From: a virus
Reading direction: 5' to 3' (one strand)
Virus record (IMG/VR): IMGVR_UViG_3300031857_000029
Length of the DNA: 64,000 nucleotides
In this document: positions 46,823 to 55,518 of the stretch, piece after piece
Layout of the letters: each line of letters opens with the position of its first letter
Position numbering within the stretch: the stretch's first letter is position 1
The notes under the pieces: generated by a model
What the model was told of the DNA's origin: nothing
What the model saw: the letters and a program-made list of their open reading frames with translations, nothing else
Databases searched by the model: none
Made by a program: the position numbers and the translations under genes

Positions 46823-47668
46823 ATGGTAAATGTTGGAGTGATAGGACTTGGTTATGTGGGAACAGCTGTTTTTAAGGGATTTGAAACAATTACTAAAGTT
46901 CGTACATACGATATAGCTAAAGAATGTACAGAACAATCTATTGGTGAGGTAGCTAATAAATCACAAGTAGTATTCATCTGTGTTCCAACACCGATGAATC
47001 CAGATGGAACATGTAATACGAACATTGTAGAAACAGTTTTACAAGAAATATCAACTACAAACCAGTCAGAAAGTGCATCACCGATTTGTGTACTGAAATC
47101 AACTATCACTCCTGGTACAACAAAGAGACTTGCGAAACAGTTCCCAAATCTAACCATATGCTTTAACCCAGAATTTTTGACAGAAAAGAATTATATCAAT
47201 GATTTCTTGTCACAAGTCAATGTTATTTTAGGATATGTCAATAACGCTAGAGAAGTTAGAGTTGTTAATGATTTGTACAGAGAACGATTCGGTGAAGCAA
47301 ATATAATAATCATCAATTCTGATGAAGCCGAAATGGTTAAGTATGTTGCAAATACATTCCTTGCCACAAAGGTTGCCTATTTGAATGAAATTTGGCAAAT
47401 CTGTCAAAAGACGGGAATCAATTATGACCATATGATTACCGTGTTGAACCAAGATGAACGGCTGGGAAGTACTCATTGGAACGTGCCTGGGCATGATGGA
47501 AAATTTGGGTTTGGCGGTACGTGTTTTCCAAAAGATATAAATGCCTTAATTCAATTTGGAAATACAAACGGACAAAACACCCCGTTATTAAATGCGGTGT
47601 GGGAGAAAAACCTCGAAATGCGTCCCGAAAGGGATTGGGAATTGGACAAAGGTAGGGCTGTAATATAA
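46823..47668 (+). CDS. UDP-glucose/GDP-mannose dehydrogenase family, lacking C-terminal domain
   Basis: GLGYVG, CVPTP, KSTITPG, NPEFL, GFGGTCFPKD. Confidence 0.85.
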   Translation: MVNVGVIGLGYVGTAVFKGFETITKVRTYDIAKECTEQSIGEVANKSQVVFICVPTPMNPDGTCNTNIVETVLQEISTTNQSESASPICVLKSTITPGTTKRLAKQFPNLTICFNPEFLTEKNYINDFLSQVNVILGYVNNAREVRVVNDLYRERFGEANIIIINSDEAEMVKYVANTFLATKVAYLNEIWQICQKTGINYDHMITVLNQDERLGSTHWNVPGHDGKFGFGGTCFPKDINALIQFGNTNGQNTPLLNAVWEKNLEMRPERDWELDKGRAVI

Positions 47669-47730
47669 AGTATTTATATAGACCCCTTGACATTTTGGGT
47701 GACATACATTATATTTAGAATGTGGTTCAC

Positions 47731-47804
47731 GGGTGGTTAGCTCAGTTGGTTAGAGCATCTCGTTTACACCGAGAGGGTCGGGGGTTCGAGTCCCTCACTA
47801 CCCA
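47731..47804 (+). tRNA. tRNA-Val(TAC)
   Basis: Loop TTTACAC. Confidence 0.95.
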
Positions 47805-47805
47805 T

Positions 47806-47877
47806 GCGAGTGTCATATAACGGCTATTATCCTAGCCTTCCAAGCTAGAGACGCGGGTTCGACTCCCGCCACTCGCT
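47806..47877 (+). tRNA. tRNA-Gly(TCC)
   Basis: Loop CTTCCAA. Confidence 0.93.
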
Positions 47878-47881
47878 CTTT

Positions 47882-47963
47882 GCTCTTGTGGTGGAATGGT
47901 ATACACGGAAGTCTCAAAAACTTCTGCCCTAAAGGCTTGTGAGTTCGAGTCTCACCGGGAGCA
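47882..47963 (+). tRNA. tRNA-Leu(CAA)
   Basis: Loop CTCAAAA. Confidence 0.95.
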
Positions 47964-48006
47964 CTTGACAAATTTGAATTGGTTGTTTATATTTATATTT
48001 CTATAC

Positions 48007-48078
48007 GCCGCGTTCGTCTATCGGCTAGGACGCTAGACTTTCACTCTGGTAAGACGGGTTCGATTCCCGTACGCGGTA
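48007..48078 (+). tRNA. tRNA-Glu(TTC)
   Basis: Loop CTTTCAC. Confidence 0.95.
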
Positions 48079-48099
48079 TGAATATTCACGGAGTCAAAT

Positions 48100-48192
48100 A
48101 TGCCACATCCAAAAAAGTGCGGAAAGGGTCGTCGTAAGATTGGCTCAAAGAAACGCAACAATCGTTGGAAAAATAGAAAGCGTAAACATTAG
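48100..48192 (+). CDS. small very basic peptide (30 aa)
   Basis: GGAG RBS; MPHPKKCGKGRRKIGSKKRNNRWKNRKRKH. Confidence 0.55.
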   Translation: MPHPKKCGKGRRKIGSKKRNNRWKNRKRKH

Positions 48193-48418
48193 TACTATCC
48201 GAGGCCTTTTCCCTACCTTTCACCTCGTTAACAGCCTTTGGGCGAATGGAAAGACTTTTAAAAATGATAGGGCGGGTTCTAGGGTCGTTAGGCCTAGAGA
48301 CGTTTTGGCTAGTTTAGTATGGAAACTAGCAGGCGGTTTGGGGAAGCTTGACGAAGTGGTGTGTCCGCCTATATATTTTTAATGAGTGAGCTGATATCTC
48401 ATAACACATCCCCCGCAT

Positions 48419-48489
48419 TGCCCTCTCGTTCAATGGCAGGACGCCAGGCTTTGGACCTGGCTATCGTGGTTCGAATCCACGGGGGGCAA
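48419..48489 (+). tRNA. tRNA-Gln(TTG)
   Basis: U1-A72, loop CTTTGGA. Confidence 0.92.
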
Positions 48490-48530
48490 CTTGAAGTAGG
48501 TTACATTTTACCCTTTATGGAGAGTACACC

Positions 48531-48722
48531 ATGTACAAGTTCATTCTCGCAGTAGCAGTAATCAGTCTTTCAGCATGTGCAGCAAAGGAAGAAGTTCAAG
48601 GTGAAGTTGCAGCTGATTCAACAGTTGTAGCACCAGTTGTTGCAGATTCAACCAAGATTGATACCGATTCAATCAAGTCACCAGAAGTAAAGCCAGTAGT
48701 AGAAGGCGAAGCAGCTAAGTAA
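48531..48722 (+). CDS. small lipoprotein
   Basis: LSAC lipobox, GGAG RBS. Confidence 0.7.
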   Translation: MYKFILAVAVISLSACAAKEEVQGEVAADSTVVAPVVADSTKIDTDSIKSPEVKPVVEGEAAK

Positions 48723-48756
48723 TATTTCGGACTGTGGCTAATACCCACAGTCTCCT

Positions 48757-48827
48757 GCGGTTCTAGTGTAATAGATAGCACGGTAGGCGTCCAGCTTACA
48801 GGTCCGGTGCAACTCCGTGGAACCGCT
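48757..48827 (+). tRNA. degenerate tRNA-Gly(TCC)-like RNA
   Basis: Acceptor GCGGTTC/GAACCGC plus U73, D arm, stem GTAGG/CTTAC with loop CGTCCAG, T loop TGCAACT. Confidence 0.7.
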
Positions 48828-49051
48828 CTTAAAGGGATTCTGTCTTTTCGATGGAATCCCTTTTCACCTAAAAGGAGGTTATTATGCATCCAAACGAACT
48901 AAATGTATTACAGAACACAGAATCTTTTATGGAAGAAGCAACAAAACTTGGGGAACGATACGTTGAAGCCCTAAAAGACCAGATTTCTCGTCAAAAAGAA
49001 AGAAAACAAAAGTAAACTGATATTTAAATAAGTCTACATTTTGGAGCGGTT

Positions 49052-49498
49052 ATGCAGAAACCAACTAAGTATGTAAAAGCAACATTGACAAATAGTTGCG
49101 TCCCTGCGTGCCTCGCTATGGTTACGGGCAAAACACTCACAAGAGTAATCAAAGAAATTTACGAACATTGGGAAAACGAAGGTCGATATCAAGGAATTGA
49201 AGATAACATCGTTGACCAGTATCTTTCTAAAAATGGATACGCAATTCAGCGTATTAGTCACGAATACGAACCTAACAAGTTGTTAATTCCAAAATGGCCA
49301 GTCAAACCATTCGCTCCAATTCATATCGTAGATGTGTGGTCAACGAATCCGCCTGGAATGCACGCGGTGGTGATGTTAAAAGATGGAACAATTTATGACC
49401 CGTCTAATAAGCGTATCAAAGATATCTCAATGTACCAACGAGTATTTGGAATCGCAGGTGTTTGGAAAGTTACAGATAAGATTTTTGATGTAAAATAA
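49052..49498 (+). CDS. peptidase C39-like protein
   Basis: NSCVPACLAMV...MHAVV...IYDP. Confidence 0.65.
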   Translation: MQKPTKYVKATLTNSCVPACLAMVTGKTLTRVIKEIYEHWENEGRYQGIEDNIVDQYLSKNGYAIQRISHEYEPNKLLIPKWPVKPFAPIHIVDVWSTNPPGMHAVVMLKDGTIYDPSNKRIKDISMYQRVFGIAGVWKVTDKIFDVK

Positions 49499-49832
49499 GG
49501 GCCCGACCGGTTTCGACGGGATGTAGATGACTAGATTTTGTGTCCAGTTTAGTAATACTGGTAAAACAGACTAAAAATTTCAACTGGCAATCAATTAGCC
49601 CTCGCTGCGTAAGCAGCCTGACGAAGTAATCTGACCCACATAGGGTTACTATCGTTCATAACTGTGGTGTAGTATCGGAGAGATGAGTTGGTATCTGATA
49701 TCAAATTTACAAACTCTTATCCGTGTGGTTTCGCTGATTATTCAAAACACGGAAACATCTAACAATCAGCTACACACATAAACATTTAGTAGGAAGCAGT
49801 CTCGGACCAGGGTTCGACTCCCTGCGGGTCCA
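49499..49832 (+). ncRNA. ssrA: tmRNA
   Basis: 5' GGGCCCGACCGGTTTCGAC, 3' GGACCAGGGTTCGACTCCCTGCGGGTCCA with G3:U70; tag ORF GNQLALAA* at 49586-49612. Confidence 0.95.
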
Positions 49833-49868
49833 CTAATAGTTACGAATCACAATTTTTTTGGAGAACTT

Positions 49869-50162
49869 ATGTACAAAAAAATTCTTGGGCAGATTCGTAA
49901 ATTATTCTTTAAAGAAGAACGATATGATACTTCACTTCGTCGGCAATGTATTCTTGAAGAATATAAACTTATATTTGAACAAGTAAGAAGTTCGGACGAC
50001 TTGACAAAGTTGCTTGCATCTCGTAAACTTATTAGAGACTTCCAACAAGGCGCTATTGATGTTGGGGAAGAACAATGGACTCGCCCATATCTGATGGATT
50101 TGCATCGAGCATGGAATATCAAGTATAGATACTGGAAACGAATCAGAGGCAGAGGTAAATAA
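49869..50162 (+). CDS. hypothetical protein
   Basis: GGAG RBS. Confidence 0.6.
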   Translation: MYKKILGQIRKLFFKEERYDTSLRRQCILEEYKLIFEQVRSSDDLTKLLASRKLIRDFQQGAIDVGEEQWTRPYLMDLHRAWNIKYRYWKRIRGRGK

Positions 50163-50530
50163 TGTTAAAGAAAAAGGTTACAAAATTTACTGGTGGTAAA
50201 CTTAGAGCAAAAGAACGTAAGACTCTGGTATGCCAAGATTGTGATGTGGTTACCGTCGAAGTGGCAAGTGATATCAAAGCTGTAACTTGTGCATATTGCG
50301 TTCAACGACAAGTCGCTCCTCCCGCTGGTATCAAGCCAAAGCCGGAAGGTGAGAAGTTTCCCCGTGGTTGGGCATTGAAGCAACGGTATGTTCACACAGA
50401 TGGTAGAGTATTTATTAAGGGGAAGGATACTGGTGAAATTGAAACACCAGAAGCTCCAAAACCAAAGAAGGAAAGAAAGATTACTGTAAAGAAAACAGCA
50501 AAGAAAAAAACTCCAAAGCGGAGAAAGTAA
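50162..50530 (+). CDS. basic Zn-ribbon protein
   Basis: CQDC...CAYC, PRGW motif, Lys-rich tail. Confidence 0.7.
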   Translation: MLKKKVTKFTGGKLRAKERKTLVCQDCDVVTVEVASDIKAVTCAYCVQRQVAPPAGIKPKPEGEKFPRGWALKQRYVHTDGRVFIKGKDTGEIETPEAPKPKKERKITVKKTAKKKTPKRRK

Positions 50531-50848
50531 ATGCTTCAATTACCACCAAATAAGCCATTCCAAGTTATACAAAAATTTCTTCAAGATAACGAAGCATTAG
50601 TATACTGGTATATGACATTGAGTATTTCAAAGTCTATTAAGGAAAATACTGATAAGACAGAATTATTTTCGTTCGGTGGTAGTAGTGAAAATATCGCAGT
50701 GGTCAAGAAAAGTGATTACGAACAAGTATTGTCTGATGCAATAAAGCATTTTAGTGACGCAGAAGAATATGAACATGCTGCGTTCGCACGAGATTTGTTA
50801 AACAAGTGGAAGATTGAACAAGTAATAAACGAAAAACCAACGGAGTAG
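50531..50848 (+). CDS. hypothetical protein with UvrB/C-like helical motif
   Basis: AEEYEHAAFARD. Confidence 0.6.
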   Translation: MLQLPPNKPFQVIQKFLQDNEALVYWYMTLSISKSIKENTDKTELFSFGGSSENIAVVKKSDYEQVLSDAIKHFSDAEEYEHAAFARDLLNKWKIEQVINEKPTE

Positions 50849-50850
50849 TT

Positions 50851-51363
50851 ATGGGATTTGAATCTGCGCGATGCGTAGTTCTTAATGCCACATACGAACC
50901 GATTACAATTGTCTCATCCAAACGGGCACTCGTACTTTACCTTGAAGGTAAAGCTATGATTGTCGAAGAACATCCAGAGTTGGTGGTGCGGTCACCGAGT
51001 CAGACGTTCCCTGTTCCGATTAGCATTGTGCTAAAGGAATTTGTAAAGGGTCGTATGGTATTTCGGACTAAAGCACTACTGACACAACGAAATCTATTTA
51101 TTCGTGACCAGTATACTTGTCAGTACTGCGGTCGCAACAAACAACAAATTAAGCACTCAGAATTCTTAACCCGTGACCACGTAGTTCCGCGTCATATCGG
51201 GGGTAAGGATATTTGGGAGAACGTGGTCACCTGCTGTAATTCGTGTAATAACAAGAAGGCGTATCATCTATTAGAAGATATTAATATGACCCTCTTGAAA
51301 ATTCCAGCAGCACCTACTATATTTGAATTGTGGACTAGGCAACAGAAAAAACACTATCACTAA
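50851..51363 (+). CDS. HNH endonuclease
   Basis: VLNATYEP, RDQYTCQYCG, DHVVP, WENVVTCCNSCNNKK. Confidence 0.9.
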   Translation: MGFESARCVVLNATYEPITIVSSKRALVLYLEGKAMIVEEHPELVVRSPSQTFPVPISIVLKEFVKGRMVFRTKALLTQRNLFIRDQYTCQYCGRNKQQIKHSEFLTRDHVVPRHIGGKDIWENVVTCCNSCNNKKAYHLLEDINMTLLKIPAAPTIFELWTRQQKKHYH

Positions 51364-51378
51364 ACAAGGATAAACACA

Positions 51379-52002
51379 ATGGTTACGGAAGAGCAACTTA
51401 AAGAACGGTACGAGAAGTTTCTAGAGTTTGTCAAAGCTGACGAACGTTCTGAGCAACTTCTCGCAATGTACGAAGATTTCAGTACGGAGTTGACCACCGC
51501 TCCGGCTGCAGGTAAAACCTATTTTCATAATGCGTTTCCCGGCGGATATCTTGACCACGTGGTTCGGGTGACGGAAACAGCACTCCAGCTGGCGTCGGTA
51601 TATAAGAAGATTGGCGGTGATATAGACTTCACCAAGCAAGAGCTGGTGTTCGCTGCGCTTCATCACGATTTGGGTAAGCTAGGTAATCCAGTTGAAGGGC
51701 CATATTATGTTGACCAAGATTCGGATTGGCACCGTAAACGTGGTGAAATGTACAAGCAGAACGAAAACATTCAATATATGAAGGTTCCCGACCGCGCCCT
51801 CTATCTTCTTCAACACTATGATATCAAGATTACACAGAAGGAATGGATTGGTATCAAGTTGTCCGATGGTATTTATGATGAGGGAGCAAAGTCGTATCTG
51901 ATTAACTACGCTCCATATGCGATGAAAACCAACCTTCCTCGTATTATTCACTGGGCTGACCATATGTCTAGTCAATCAGAAAACGATAATTCACGATTTT
52001 AA
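51379..52002 (+). CDS. HD-domain phosphohydrolase
   Basis: H-NAFPGGYLDH, LHHDLGK, HWAD. Confidence 0.85.
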   Translation: MVTEEQLKERYEKFLEFVKADERSEQLLAMYEDFSTELTTAPAAGKTYFHNAFPGGYLDHVVRVTETALQLASVYKKIGGDIDFTKQELVFAALHHDLGKLGNPVEGPYYVDQDSDWHRKRGEMYKQNENIQYMKVPDRALYLLQHYDIKITQKEWIGIKLSDGIYDEGAKSYLINYAPYAMKTNLPRIIHWADHMSSQSENDNSRF

Positions 52003-52126
52003 TATTGTTTAATATAACCGTTCAAAATCACTTGGACGGTTATATTTATATTAGACCTGCGCACAATGCGAGGTCATACCAACGTGACGCTCAATAGTGA
52101 GGTCACATAATATAGGAGGTCATTTT

Positions 52127-52606
52127 ATGACTCATTTAGTATTTCGCCCATTCGGGTCAACGGTTTTGAACAATCGGGATAACTTCATCAGTACATTCGA
52201 TAAGATGTTCGATGAATTTGCTCGAAAAGATTTCCCAGAGTTTTTCCAACATTGGGGAGCAGAACCTTTTGGAAAGGCAGCATATCCGAAGGTCAATGTA
52301 ATCTCAAATGACGAGTCTGTGACAATTGAAGCGGAACTCGCTGGTTACAAGAAGAATGAAATTGATATTGAGGTTAAGGAAGGTGTCTTGACCATTTCGG
52401 GTGGCGCATCTCAATTGAACGAGCAAACTGATAAATCCGTTTATCTACTTCGTGAACTCAAGCGTAGTTCGTTCAGTCGTTCATTTAAGCTCGGTGACCA
52501 ATTGGATGCCTCAGCAGTAGATGCACAGTTTGATAATGGGTTATTGACTGTAACAATCCAAAAATTGACAAAGGAACCAGCTAGTACAAAGGTTACAATT
52601 AAGTAA
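52127..52606 (+). CDS. Hsp20 small heat-shock protein
   Basis: YPKVNV, AELAG, SFSRSF, FDNGLLTV. Confidence 0.92.
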   Translation: MTHLVFRPFGSTVLNNRDNFISTFDKMFDEFARKDFPEFFQHWGAEPFGKAAYPKVNVISNDESVTIEAELAGYKKNEIDIEVKEGVLTISGGASQLNEQTDKSVYLLRELKRSSFSRSFKLGDQLDASAVDAQFDNGLLTVTIQKLTKEPASTKVTIK

Positions 52607-52633
52607 TTTCACTTTAACCAACAGGAGGTCTGT

Positions 52634-52690
52634 ATGTGCTGTTGTGTAGATTGTAAGTGTAGTTGCTGTGTAAACCACATAACCGAGTAA
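52634..52690 (+). CDS. putative Cys-rich micropeptide (18 aa)
   Basis: AGGAGGT RBS; MCCCVDCKCSCCVNHITE. Confidence 0.45.
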   Translation: MCCCVDCKCSCCVNHITE

Positions 52691-52757
52691 CGGGAGGTGA
52701 TCCACATCGGTTATGTCTGGTATCCAACCTTAATTTAAGGAGATAAACTAGAAATAT

Positions 52758-52796
52758 AACGAGCCGGACTGGTTCTTACTGGTTCGGTTCGTTTTT
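52758..52796 (+). terminator. intrinsic terminator
   Basis: AACGAGCCGGAC...GTTCGGTTCGTT plus T tract. Confidence 0.6.
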
Positions 52797-52810
52797 CTTT
52801 TGGAGAATAT

Positions 52811-53776
52811 ATGAGTAAATTTTTTAATTTCAAAACACTGGTTTCATTTACTGCGTTAGTAATTGCAGGAAGCGCAGCACTGTTCTCAGTAACGGGCATT
52901 GGTACCTTATTCGCAGGAGCAGCAGTGTCTGCGATGGTGATGGCTGGTGCTTTGGAATTAGGTAAGCTGGTGGGTATCTCATTTCTTTACCGATATTGGA
53001 ATGAAATACCAAAAGCATTAAAGAGTTATATGTTGGTGGCAAGCGTTGTGCTTATCGGTATTACATCAGCGGGTATCTATGGATATCTATCGTCTGCATA
53101 TGCAAAGGTTGCAGCTGACCCATTAAAGATGAACGCAGAAGTGCAAATCTTGAATTCACAAGCACAAACCCTTGACCAAGAAATACAACGAAAGACACAA
53201 CGATTAGACCAGATTATTGCGCTTCGTGGTCAACAAGAAAATCGTATTGATAATCTTATCAGTAAAAGTACCACGGGTTCTAATACATCCATTCGGTCAG
53301 CACAAAATAGTTTAACAGAATTGAATAGAACTGCAAACACATTACAAAAAGAAATCAATCAAGCGTCATCACAACGAGATAGTTTAAAAGCAAAAAGTTT
53401 GACCACAGATGTTGCCATCACAACTAATTCAGATATCGGAACATTCGTATATATTTCTCGCGCAATTGGTGTTCCATTAGATACAGTAGTTAAATGGTTT
53501 ATACTAGTGATTGTGTTAGTATTTGACCCGTTATCAATCTGTTTAATTCTTGCATATAATTTTTTAATGAAACGGGAGCAACCTGAAGAAAAATCATATG
53601 AAATATATGGAGAAAGTATACCTGAAGAACGAAGATTGTCTGACGATTTGATGGATACATTAGAAGGAGATGACCCATTTCCTCAGTATATGACAAAAGA
53701 AGAAACCGAAGATGTATTGGAAAAATTTTGGATGAAAAAAACTATGGCTAAACATAAAGATATTAATATCTTTTAA
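52811..53776 (+). CDS. membrane protein with coiled-coil domain
   Basis: 3 N-terminal TM, coiled coil, TM with VFDPL. Confidence 0.75.
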   Translation: MSKFFNFKTLVSFTALVIAGSAALFSVTGIGTLFAGAAVSAMVMAGALELGKLVGISFLYRYWNEIPKALKSYMLVASVVLIGITSAGIYGYLSSAYAKVAADPLKMNAEVQILNSQAQTLDQEIQRKTQRLDQIIALRGQQENRIDNLISKSTTGSNTSIRSAQNSLTELNRTANTLQKEINQASSQRDSLKAKSLTTDVAITTNSDIGTFVYISRAIGVPLDTVVKWFILVIVLVFDPLSICLILAYNFLMKREQPEEKSYEIYGESIPEERRLSDDLMDTLEGDDPFPQYMTKEETEDVLEKFWMKKTMAKHKDINIF

Positions 53777-53840
53777 TAGACCACTTGACAAAATCCCCAA
53801 TTTGGTGTATATTTAGTATACTACTTAATTGGGGGTTTCT

Positions 53841-54740
53841 GTGCCTATCAACGTTGGTTACTGTTGCATCAACAATACACTAAATAAGAAGGGCATTACT
53901 ACTGGCCGTGCTATGCGTAAAGCCACATTTGAAGCCAAGGGTATTAAATACGCATCTGAATTGGCACTCGCAAACGCCAAAGACCTCCTTGAAATCCTTA
54001 TGTGGAACGCCGACAACGGAGTAAAAGTATTCCGTATGGGGTCTGGTATATTCCCGTGGGGTACCGAATACAAGTCCACAAACCTACCAGATTTCTTTGA
54101 GATTGCCAGTACCTTACGACTCTGCGGTAACTTCGCAAAACATACTGGTCAGCGCATTACCGCTCATCCTGACCATTTCGTAAAGTTGGGGTCAACCAAT
54201 CCAAAAGCAGTCGAGAATTCTATCAAAGACTTGGAACTTCACTCCGAAGTATTTGACCTTATGGGGCTTGATACAACTCCCTACAATGCAATCAATATTC
54301 ATGTGGGTATGAACTTTTCCGAAGAAACTGCTCAACGATGGATTGATAATTTCCGTAAGTTGTCACCAAATCTTCAAGCTCGTATGGTGGTCGAGAATGA
54401 TGACAAAGAAAACTCATTTTCCATCATTCAACTTTTTACATACCTACACACAGAGTTGGGTATTCCGCTTACCTTCGACTATTTCCATCATCAGTTTCAC
54501 CCCGATGGATTGACCACCCAAGAAGCAGCAGAACTTGCCGCCGGCACTTGGCCGGAAGGTATCACACCACTTTTCCATTATAGTGAGAGTAAAAATATCA
54601 ATGAAAATGTTACAGGCAATCCTCGGGCTCATGCTGATTATGTCTTTTCTCGTATTGACGATTTTGGACTCACGTTGGATGTTGACCTCGAAGCAAAAGC
54701 TAAAGAACTAGCACTATTCAAATATCGGGAGTTAGTATGA
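53841..54740 (+). CDS. uvsE: UV DNA damage endonuclease
   Basis: GYCCIN, TAHPDHF, NIHVG, VVENDD, FDYFHH, HYSES, AHAD, EAKAKE. Confidence 0.92.
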   Translation: MPINVGYCCINNTLNKKGITTGRAMRKATFEAKGIKYASELALANAKDLLEILMWNADNGVKVFRMGSGIFPWGTEYKSTNLPDFFEIASTLRLCGNFAKHTGQRITAHPDHFVKLGSTNPKAVENSIKDLELHSEVFDLMGLDTTPYNAINIHVGMNFSEETAQRWIDNFRKLSPNLQARMVVENDDKENSFSIIQLFTYLHTELGIPLTFDYFHHQFHPDGLTTQEAAELAAGTWPEGITPLFHYSESKNINENVTGNPRAHADYVFSRIDDFGLTLDVDLEAKAKELALFKYRELV

Positions 54741-54882
54741 ATACACTACTTGACATTTTACGGGGAACGATATATGTTATTGTATCACTTATAATAATCG
54801 CTGTATTAGGGGTTATCTATTTGGGATTTGTGACTTTTGTTCTATTTCAAGAACTTTTCAAGTACCTTAAAGAAAAACTACA

Positions 54883-55518
54883 ATGACACCGCTTATTTCT
54901 TTTGCTATTACGACGCATAACGAAGGCGACTATATTCGTGAACTGATTGACCAGCTTGTTCCACACTGTGAACAAACCGGCGATGAAATTGTTGTCGTGG
55001 ATGATAATTCTACCGACCCGTTCACCACAAGTATGTTATATGACTATGAGAACGCAGATTTAATCCAACTGTATAGTCACGAACTTAATCACAACTTCGG
55101 TGAACACAAGAATTTCTTGAACAGTAAGTGTAACGGAGAATACATTTTCCAAGTTGATGCGGACGAAAAGTTTCATAGTAATCTTCTCAACTATATGCAT
55201 GATATTGTAGATAACAATAAGCATGTAGATTTGTTTATGATTCCTCGCGTGAATATTGTGGGTGGATTAACTGATGAGGATATTCGTCGTTGGGGATGGA
55301 GAATCAATGAAAAGGGTTGGGTAATGTTCCCAGACTATCAGACTCGTTTATATAAGAATGCTGAACATATTAAGTGGCAAGGAACAGTACACGAACGCAT
55401 TGTAGGATATAACACCACAGCTTCATTACCAGCAGAAGAAGAATGGAGTCTGTATCACATCAAGGATATTGACCGTCAACGCAAACAAAACGACTATTAT
55501 GACACAATTACACGGTAA
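54883..55518 (+). CDS. GT2 glycosyltransferase
   Basis: ITTHNE, VVVDDNSTD, QVDADE, PDYQTRL. Confidence 0.85.
   Translation: MTPLISFAITTHNEGDYIRELIDQLVPHCEQTGDEIVVVDDNSTDPFTTSMLYDYENADLIQLYSHELNHNFGEHKNFLNSKCNGEYIFQVDADEKFHSNLLNYMHDIVDNNKHVDLFMIPRVNIVGGLTDEDIRRWGWRINEKGWVMFPDYQTRLYKNAEHIKWQGTVHERIVGYNTTASLPAEEEWSLYHIKDIDRQRKQNDYYDTITR

Noticed and set aside
50851-51363. HNH as intron-encoded homing endonuclease
   Set aside because: Free-standing in an operon with intact neighbours and no intron structure seen
52693-52704. rRNA gene fragment
   Set aside because: Only 12 nt of complementarity; flanks are not rRNA-like
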